Source: an uncultured Actinomycetes bacterium
Lineage (GTDB): Bacteria; Actinomycetota; UBA4738; JBBDTT01
NCBI GenBank assembly: GCA_963742735.1
Contig: CAVUMN010000004.1
Location: 448,001-512,000 of the forward strand
Length of the DNA: 64,000 bases
Reading direction: 5' to 3'
The stretch's first letter is position 1. The number at the start of each line of letters is the position of its first letter. This document shows positions 57,500-64,000 of this stretch, in pieces. Made by a program: the position numbers and the translations under genes. The notes under the pieces are model-generated. The model was not told the origin of the DNA, did no database searches, and worked only from the letters and a program-made list of their open reading frames with translations.

Positions 57500-58880
57500 G
57501 CGGGCGAGTGTAGGTGAGGACCCCGGCCACGAACGGTGGCGCGTACCGCAGGGCGGTCTGCACGACGAGCCCGGGCACCTCTCCGCCCAGCCGTCCGCCC
57601 GGCACGACGATCATCGAGGACGCGCCGAACGTCAGCGCCCCGCCCAGCAACGCGGGATGCGCCGCGGCGATGGCCAGCGCGAGCGCGCCGAGCAGGTGCC
57701 AGTACAGGTACCAGGGGGTCACGGCGACGTAGAGGAGCGACACCGCCGCCGCGGCCGTCCACGGGTCGTCCGGCGTCCGCCGCCACCGGGCGGCCCACAC
57801 GATCCCCCCGGCGATGAGGGCCAGGGCGAGGACGCGTCCCGCCGCTCCTGCCGCCGTCGCGCCGGCGTTCGCGCTGTCGGGATTGCCGGCCGCGATCCGC
57901 ACGACCGACCCGACGAGCGAGGCCGATGCCCGCGAACCGATCTCGCCCAGGCCACGGAAGGTGTCGAGCCCGCTCCAGTAGGGGGCGAAGGCCGCGACGG
58001 CAGCGCCGGCGGACGCCAGCGCGTGGCGCCCCGCGCTGCCGGCTCCGGAGCGCCGCCAGAGGACGATCAGCCACACCGCCAGGCCGAGCGCGGCGTACGG
58101 CTTGACGAGCGCCGCCACCGCGAGCAGCGCGGTGACCCCCCACGGACGACCCCGCCGCTCGGCCACCACCGCCCACGCGAACGCGGCCGCGACGGCGACG
58201 TCGGCGTGGGCGCCGAGGCCGGCCGACACGAACACCAGCGGGTTGAACGCGAACGCGAGCACCGCGAGCGATGGGGTCATGGACCCCCGGCGAAGCCCCG
58301 CAGCCCGGACCAGCCCCCACGCCGCGACCAGGGTTAGCGCCGCCGCCGCCGCTTTCATCACCAGGAAGGCCCCGGTCAGCGAGCGCCCCAGCCACACCGA
58401 CGCCTGGGACAGCGCGGTCCACGCCGGCCCGTAGACGGATGCGGTTCGATGCCAGGAGGAGAACGCGAGCCACGGGCTGTGCGCGTCGACCGGCAGGACG
58501 GCGAACGGGCTGTAGCCGTCGAGGGCCATCCGGCCGTAGATCAGGTACTGGTAGATGTCCTGCGACTGCTGCGCCGGGGCCGGGATCAGGGCGGTGTAGA
58601 GCACCGCGGCGACCCCCAGGAGCACGCCCGTGCGCGCCCGCCCGCCCCGGGCCTCCCCCCACATCGCGATCGCCCACGGGACCGAGGCGACGACCACCAG
58701 TTCCCAGTAGTCATACGTCCGACCGCCCGGCCGGGGGCGGTAATACGGCGCGTCCTGGAGCGCCGGGCGGATCAGGAAGAACGCGGCCAGCGCCCCGAGC
58801 GTTGCCACGAGGGCGACCAGGGAAATCGCGGACGCGGCCCGCCCGGGCCGGACGTCTCGACCCTCGGGCGATCCGCTCAT
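57399..58880 (-). CDS. Polyprenol-phosphate-sugar-dependent (GT-C, MptA/B-like) membrane glycosyltransferase
   Basis: SQDIYQY..YGRM, SVYGPAW, FNPL, GAHAD, LVKPY, PWY.YW; multi-TM. Confidence 0.8.
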   Translation of the reverse strand: MSGSPEGRDVRPGRAASAISLVALVATLGALAAFFLIRPALQDAPYYRPRPGGRTYDYWELVVVASVPWAIAMWGEARGGRARTGVLLGVAAVLYTALIPAPAQQSQDIYQYLIYGRMALDGYSPFAVLPVDAHSPWLAFSSWHRTASVYGPAWTALSQASVWLGRSLTGAFLVMKAAAAALTLVAAWGLVRAAGLRRGSMTPSLAVLAFAFNPLVFVSAGLGAHADVAVAAAFAWAVVAERRGRPWGVTALLAVAALVKPYAALGLAVWLIVLWRRSGAGSAGRHALASAGAAVAAFAPYWSGLDTFRGLGEIGSRASASLVGSVVRIAAGNPDSANAGATAAGAAGRVLALALIAGGIVWAARWRRTPDDPWTAAAAVSLLYVAVTPWYLYWHLLGALALAIAAAHPALLGGALTFGASSMIVVPGGRLGGEVPGLVVQTALRYAPPFVAGVLTYTRPRADRRPSSEARGLRGRDDAPPGAGPAGGPRDPG

Positions 58881-58887
58881 GGCTGAG

Positions 58888-58961
58888 TCGGGACGGCGGG
58901 ATTTGAACCCGCGACCTCAGCGTCCCGAACGCTGCGCGCTACCAAGCTGCGCTACGTCCCG
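58888..58961 (-). tRNA. tRNA-Pro(CGG)
   Basis: Minus strand CGGGACGTAGCGCAGCTTGGTAGCGCG-CAGCG-TTCGGGA-CGCTG...GGTTCAAATCCCGCCGTCCCGA. Confidence 0.95.
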
Positions 58962-59001
58962 AGCCGCCAAGTGTAGCGGGCGACGAGCGCCGCGAACCCG
59001 G

Positions 59002-59526
59002 TCAGTCCTTCTCGATCCGGGTGGCCAGGGCCGTGCAGATGCCCCAGAAGGCCGGCCCCAGGGCGAAGTTCGAGAGGGCGGTCATGATGCCGTAGAAGTT
59101 CGTACCACCGGAGGCCAGGAGTGCGATGCCCTGGATCGGGAGCAGCCCCAGCAGGGCCCACCCGGCGACCCGCAGGACCTGCGCCACCAGGCGAGCGGTG
59201 ACCCGGAACGGCGGGCGGGGCGCGGCGGCCGGGAGCTGGACGGTGGCGGCCGAGGCCGGCGGTGTCGTCGGCGCCGCGACCGCAGGCGTCTCGGACGGAG
59301 CGGCGACCCGAGGCGCTTCTGACGGAGCCGGCGCCGGCGCGGCGGCGGGCGTCTCGAGGGCCTGGTAGGCGCCCCAGGCGTCGGTCCATCCCTGGTCGGA
59401 CTTTGGGTAGCGCTGGACCGGGCCGCCCGGGGCCTGCCGGTCCCAGATGCCGTACTCCACGCTCGTGTAGCCCAGGAGGTAACGCTGTCCCGAGTGCGAG
59501 AACGTGGGCTGTTCCGGGCTCGACAT
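59002..59526 (-). CDS. Hypothetical membrane protein (aromatic N-terminal domain, Pro/Ala linker, 2 TM)
   Basis: GAGGAGG RBS; FSHSGQRYLLGY...YGIWDR...W..AW; C-terminal hydrophobic hairpin. Confidence 0.75.
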   Translation of the reverse strand: MSSPEQPTFSHSGQRYLLGYTSVEYGIWDRQAPGGPVQRYPKSDQGWTDAWGAYQALETPAAAPAPAPSEAPRVAAPSETPAVAAPTTPPASAATVQLPAAAPRPPFRVTARLVAQVLRVAGWALLGLLPIQGIALLASGGTNFYGIMTALSNFALGPAFWGICTALATRIEKD

Positions 59527-59628
59527 GGCGCCTCCTCGGTCTGGTTGCCTCGGAGATGATGGGCCTCCCACCCGCGGGCGTCCAGTCGCGGGGCGTGCGT
59601 CGGCCGAGGACGTGGTAAGCAGGACCCC

Positions 59629-60660
59629 ATGCGCATCGCACAGATCGCGCCGCCGTGGATCGCCGTGCCTCCGCCGGCCTACGGGGGCATCGAGTGGGTC
59701 GTCGCGCTCCTCGCCGACGGCCTGGTGGAGGCCGGTCACGACGTGACCCTGTTCGCCACGGGGGACTCGCGGACCAAGGCCAAGCTCGACTACGTGTTCG
59801 AGGAGGGCCCGGGCCCCCGGTTCATCAACTCGATCTTCCACGACACCCTGCACACGATGCATTCCCTTCGCGACGTCTCGGCGTTCGACGTCGTGCACGT
59901 CCACTCGCCGTTCTCGACGCTTGCGGCCGCGGTGAACACCGGTGTGCCGGTGGTCCACACCCTCCACGGCTCGTTCACCGACGTGATGGTCCAGCTGTAC
60001 GGCTACGTGGCGGACCGCGCCTGGTTCACGCCGATCAGCGAGGCCCAGCGGCGCCTCGGCCCCGACCTCCGCTACACCGACGTCGTCTACAACGGGATCG
60101 ACACCTCGCTCTACCCGTTCCGCGACCGCGAGGACAAGGAGGACTTCCTGCTCTTCGTCGGCCGGGCGAGCGTCGACAAGGGGGCCCACCGCGCGGTCCA
60201 GGCAGCGGCGAAGGCGGGCGTGCCCCTGGTCCTGGCGGTCAAGATCGCCGACGCCGAGGAGGAAGAGCACTGGAAGCGCGACGTGGAGCCGATCCTGCCC
60301 GAGGGGACCCGGGTGCTCGGCGAGATCTCCGTGCAGGAGAAGGCCGACCTCATGTCACGCGCCCGGGGGCTCCTGTTCCCGATCGACTGGGACGAGCCCT
60401 TCGGTCTGGTGATGACCGAAGCGATGGCGTGTGGCACGCCGGTCATCGCCCGGCCCCGGGGATCGGTTCCCGAGGTGATCGCCGACGGCGAGACGGGGTT
60501 CATCGTCGATACCGTCGACGATATGGCCGAGGCGATCGAACGGCTCGGAACGATCGACGCGGTGGCCTGTCGCGCGCGCGTGGAGGAGCGGTTCTCGGCC
60601 CGGCCGATGATCGAGGGCTACGCCCGGGCCTTCGAGCGCGCCGTGTCCGGCCGGCGCTGA
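59629..60660 (+). CDS. Glycosyltransferase family 4
   Basis: MRIAQIAPPW..VPP..YGGIE, GHDVTLFA, EPFGLVMTEAMACGTPVI. Confidence 0.93.
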   Translation: MRIAQIAPPWIAVPPPAYGGIEWVVALLADGLVEAGHDVTLFATGDSRTKAKLDYVFEEGPGPRFINSIFHDTLHTMHSLRDVSAFDVVHVHSPFSTLAAAVNTGVPVVHTLHGSFTDVMVQLYGYVADRAWFTPISEAQRRLGPDLRYTDVVYNGIDTSLYPFRDREDKEDFLLFVGRASVDKGAHRAVQAAAKAGVPLVLAVKIADAEEEEHWKRDVEPILPEGTRVLGEISVQEKADLMSRARGLLFPIDWDEPFGLVMTEAMACGTPVIARPRGSVPEVIADGETGFIVDTVDDMAEAIERLGTIDAVACRARVEERFSARPMIEGYARAFERAVSGRR

Positions 60661-61535
60661 GGCTCCGCCGGGGACGGGACGAGCTCGAGCACGGTCGCCT
60701 CGGGGCGGCACCAGAATCGGAACGGTGCGTACTTGCTGGTCCCCAGGCCGGCCGAGACGTGGACGAACGCACCCCCGAGCCGGACCAGACCCTTCGCCAT
60801 GTACCGCGGGACCGAGCAGTTCGTCACCAGCGCCCCGATCAGCGGCAGGCAGACCTGCCCCCCGTGCGTGTGGCCCGAAAGCGTGAGGTCCCAGCCGAGC
60901 GCGGCGAGCTCCGGTGCGGGGTCGGGGGAGTGGACCACCGCGATCCCCACGCGCTCGGGGTGCTCGCGCGGATAGATCCTCGAGTCCTGGCGGTGGATGT
61001 GCGGGTCGTCGGCGCCCATCACCTCGAACGTATGGCCGCCGGTCTCGAACGCCACCCGGCGGTTCTTCAGGTGCACCCACCCCTCCGCGTCCAGCGCGGC
61101 CTGGAGCTCCGGGGCCGGATTGCGGGTGATCAGCCGCCGCTTCAGCGGGCTCCCCTTGAAGAAGTACCGCAGATAGTTGTAGGGCTTTGGGGCGTAGTAG
61201 TCGTTCGAGCCCAGGACGTACCACGAGGCCAGCCGGCCCCGGACCGCTCGGAGGGCGCCGACCGCGGTGTCCACCGACTCCTCCTCGCCGAGCACGTCCC
61301 CGGTCACGATCGCCACGTCCGGGACCGGGAGCGACTCGACGAACGCGCGCTTGCGCGGGTCGCGGTGCGTGAAGTGCAGGTCCGACAGGTGGAGGATGGT
61401 GAGCGGCTCCGACCCCGCGGGTAGGATCTCGACGCGGTACCGGCGGAGCGCGTACCACGTCCGCTCCACGAACACGCCGTACGCCACGCACCCGATCCCG
61501 AACGCGAGGACGCCGATGACGCTCCACCAGATCAC
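60618..61535 (-). CDS. Membrane-anchored metallophosphoesterase
   Basis: HLSDLH, TGD, GSNDY, HSPD, SGHTHGGQ, SAGLG; N-terminal TM. Confidence 0.9.
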   Translation of the reverse strand: MIWWSVIGVLAFGIGCVAYGVFVERTWYALRRYRVEILPAGSEPLTILHLSDLHFTHRDPRKRAFVESLPVPDVAIVTGDVLGEEESVDTAVGALRAVRGRLASWYVLGSNDYYAPKPYNYLRYFFKGSPLKRRLITRNPAPELQAALDAEGWVHLKNRRVAFETGGHTFEVMGADDPHIHRQDSRIYPREHPERVGIAVVHSPDPAPELAALGWDLTLSGHTHGGQVCLPLIGALVTNCSVPRYMAKGLVRLGGAFVHVSAGLGTSKYAPFRFWCRPEATVLELVPSPAEPQRRPDTARSKARA

Positions 61536-61550
61536 GGCAGGCCAGTCTAG

Positions 61551-61997
61551 GTGAGCGCCGAGAAGGACCGGCTCCAGGCCGAGATGCACGAGGCCATGAA
61601 GGCCGGCCAGAAGGTGCGCTTGGCCGCGCTCAGGCTGCTCTCGGCTTCGGTGAAGAACCGCGAGGTGGAGCTGGGCCACGAGCTCAACGCCGAGGAGTTC
61701 ACCGAGATGGCCAACCGCGAGGCCAAGCGGCGCAAGGAGTCGATCGAGGCCTACCAGGGCGCCGGCCGGACCGAGCTCGTCGAACGGGAGCAGGAGGAGC
61801 TCGAGGTGCTTCAGGCCTACCTGCCCGAGCCCCTCACCGAAGGCGAGGTCGCCGAGATCATCGACGCGGCGATCGCCTCGACCGGCGCCACCGGCCCCAA
61901 GGAGATGGGCGCCGTCATGCGCGAGGTCATGGCGAAGGTGCAGGGCCGCGCCGACGGCAAGGCCATCAGCGACGCGGTCCGAGCCCGCCTGGGCTAG
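61551..61997 (+). CDS. GatB/YqeY domain protein
   Basis: AMKAG, REAKRRKESIEAY, YLPEPL, KEMGAVM, GRADGK. Confidence 0.92.
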   Translation: MSAEKDRLQAEMHEAMKAGQKVRLAALRLLSASVKNREVELGHELNAEEFTEMANREAKRRKESIEAYQGAGRTELVEREQEELEVLQAYLPEPLTEGEVAEIIDAAIASTGATGPKEMGAVMREVMAKVQGRADGKAISDAVRARLG

Positions 61998-64000
61998 GTC
62001 GTTTCCTGCGGGCCCCGGCCCGGCCGGAGGGCGCGGCGGCGGGCGCGGCCGGCCAGCAGCAGCGGGAACAGGATGAACGCGGCCGCGGCCCCGGCCCCGG
62101 CCCCGGTCGTTCCGCCCGTGCCGGTCGTGCTCTTGTGGGGCGGCCCCTTGTCGCACTTCGGTGTCGCGTCCGGGTCGCAGCTCTCGCTGGGCGTGGGGGA
62201 CGGCTCCACGTAGTGCCCCACCACGATGCGCACCGTCGAGCCGACCAGCGCCTTGGTGCCGCCCTGCGGTTCCTGGTCGCGGACGATGTTGTCCTCGTTC
62301 GGCTCGTCCACGTCGACGAAGCTCTCCTCGACCAGGAACTCCGCGGATTCCAGCCTGAACCGGGCGGTCTCGGACGCGTCGCCCACGACGTTGGGCACGA
62401 CGCGCTTCGGCGTCTTGCCGTTCGAGACGAAGATCGTGACTTTCGATCCGGCGGTGACCGATGCCCCGCCCCCCGGGAACTGCCGGAACACCGTCCCGGC
62501 GGGCTGGGTCGAGGGCTTCTCCTTGACCTCGGCGGTGAAGTTGGCCTCACCGAGGACGTCCACGGCCTCGGTCTCCTGGAGCCCGACCACGTCGGGGACC
62601 TCCGCCGAGGGGATCGGCGGCGCGGCCGGGAAATACGTCACCGGCATGCCCGCCGTGGCGCGGAGCATGAAGCGGTTCCAGATCGACGCCGGAGCGTTTC
62701 CGCCGAAGAGCGACCCGCTGATCGAGCCCCGGCCCTCGATCGGGATGCGGCCGCGGATGTCGCCGACCCACACCGCGGTGGACACCTGCTTGTGGGTGTA
62801 GCCGATGAACCAGCCGTCGGCGTGGTCCTGGGTGGTCCCGGTCTTGCCGGCCACGGGGCGGCTGATGCCGGACACGGCTCCCGTGCCGGTCCCGCCCTGG
62901 ACGACCCCCTGGAGCATGGCCGAGACCGAGGCGACGATCTTGGGATCCACGACCTGCTCGCAGTCCAGCCGGTGCTTGTAGATCTGCTCGCCGCCGGGAC
63001 CCAGGACCTTGGCGATCGCGAACGGCTCACAGAACGTCCCGTCGTTGGCGAGCGTCGCGTAGCCGGAGGCCATGTCCAGCGGCGTGACCTCCTTGCCCCC
63101 CAGGGTCAGCGAGCAGATCGCCTCGAGCCCGGTCTTGACGCCCATCTTCTCCGCGGCGCTCTTGACGTGCTGCGGACCGAGGTCGCTGATCAGTTGCGCG
63201 AAGTAGACGTTGACCGAATGCGAGGTGGCCTCGTCCATGTTGATGTATCGGTCCTCCGAGCCTCCCTCCGCGTTGCTGACGTCCCACAGGCCGTCCGGCC
63301 CGGCGCAGACGGGATCGGGGATCAGGACCGGCGACTTCGCGTTGTAGACCTTGCCCCGCGGGACGTCCTGCTCGAGCGCCGCCACCAGCGTGAACGCCTT
63401 GAAGGCCGACCCCGGCTGGCGAAGGCCCTGGGTGGCCAGGTCGAACTTCTGGGCCTTGAAGTCGCTGCCGCCGAGGAGTGTGCGGATGGCGCCGTTGGTC
63501 GCGTCGATCGTGACCACGGCCGACTGGGGGTCCTCGGGGAGCGGGAGGATCTCCTTGACCGCGCCCTTCGCGTACCCGAGCCACTTCGGGTCGAGGGTCG
63601 TCTGGATGCGAAGTCCGCCCTGGTACAGGGCGTGCTCCCGCTGCGCCTTCGTATTGCCGAACACCCCGGTCTCGTCGTTCAGGATCGCGCTGCGGATGTA
63701 CTCGACGAAGTACGCGGCCTTGCCGGGTGCGTTGGTGGTGCGCTCCTTGTCCGAGAGCTCCACCGGGCTGGCCTCGGCTTCCTCGGCCTCCGCCTCCGAG
63801 ATGACGCCGAGCCCGGCCATCCGTGAGAGGACCAGGTTGCGCCGCCGCAGGGCCTCCTCCGGCTTGGTGATCGGGTTGAACGCCTCTGGGGCGGCGATCA
63901 GGCCGGCCAGCATGGCCGCCTCGGGCAGGTTCAGCTGCGACGCGTCCTTGGCGAAGTAGAACTCCGAGGCCGCCTGGACGCCGTTGACGCTGCGGCCCAT
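61994..64000 (-). CDS. ponA: Class A penicillin-binding protein (transglycosylase-transpeptidase + 2 PASTA), 5' part outside window
   Basis: Transglycosylase tail (EAAMLAGLI, RRNLVL.RM), QPGSAFK, SVN, GKTGTT, two PASTA repeats, extra C-terminal hydrophobic segment. Confidence 0.9.
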   Translation of the reverse strand: MGRSVNGVQAASEFYFAKDASQLNLPEAAMLAGLIAAPEAFNPITKPEEALRRRNLVLSRMAGLGVISEAEAEEAEASPVELSDKERTTNAPGKAAYFVEYIRSAILNDETGVFGNTKAQREHALYQGGLRIQTTLDPKWLGYAKGAVKEILPLPEDPQSAVVTIDATNGAIRTLLGGSDFKAQKFDLATQGLRQPGSAFKAFTLVAALEQDVPRGKVYNAKSPVLIPDPVCAGPDGLWDVSNAEGGSEDRYINMDEATSHSVNVYFAQLISDLGPQHVKSAAEKMGVKTGLEAICSLTLGGKEVTPLDMASGYATLANDGTFCEPFAIAKVLGPGGEQIYKHRLDCEQVVDPKIVASVSAMLQGVVQGGTGTGAVSGISRPVAGKTGTTQDHADGWFIGYTHKQVSTAVWVGDIRGRIPIEGRGSISGSLFGGNAPASIWNRFMLRATAGMPVTYFPAAPPIPSAEVPDVVGLQETEAVDVLGEANFTAEVKEKPSTQPAGTVFRQFPGGGASVTAGSKVTIFVSNGKTPKRVVPNVVGDASETARFRLESAEFLVEESFVDVDEPNEDNIVRDQEPQGGTKALVGSTVRIVVGHYVEPSPTPSESCDPDATPKCDKGPPHKSTTGTGGTTGAGAGAAAAFILFPLLLAGRARRRALRPGRGPQETT

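Overview
High-GC chromosomal window, almost certainly from an Actinomycetota genome. It is probably a deep-branching lineage, since it carries a large Alu-containing SRP RNA, plsY/degV, a bactofilin and DUF4446. It holds the conserved actinobacterial cell-division/signalling cluster (crgA, class E sortase, pabA/trpG, pknB, a second kinase, pbpA, rodA, pstP, fhaB, fhaA, tRNA-Leu). Interleaved with that cluster are an Ntn acylase/acyl-CoA ligase pair, two large coiled-coil genes and a tandem-domain thyX. Next come a secreted modular sulfatase, a vapBC module, a MoxR-DUF58-DUF4129 operon, larB/larC, DUF4446-bactofilin and serS with tRNA-Ser(TGA), Ser(GCT) and Arg(ACG). An AT-richer islet follows (frameshifted secreted metzincin, ECF sigma, putative anti-sigma) and ends in a tRNA-3'-like fragment. 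After it lie two convergent pairs of paralogous secreted proteins (an unrecognised alpha/beta-hydrolase family with modular tails, and His-rich LVIVD-like propellers). The remainder contains a PAS-GAF-GAF-SpoIIE phosphatase, tadA, tRNA-Ser(CGA) and Ser(GGA), ffs-dnaX-recR, degV-plsY-ask-asd-HIT, glycosyltransferases, tRNA-Pro(CGG), a phosphoesterase, yqeY and a partial class A PBP with an unusual C-terminal anchor. Several apparent frameshifts are probably long-read indel errors. No CRISPR array, transposase or integrase was seen. All family assignments come from motif recognition by eye, not database searches.
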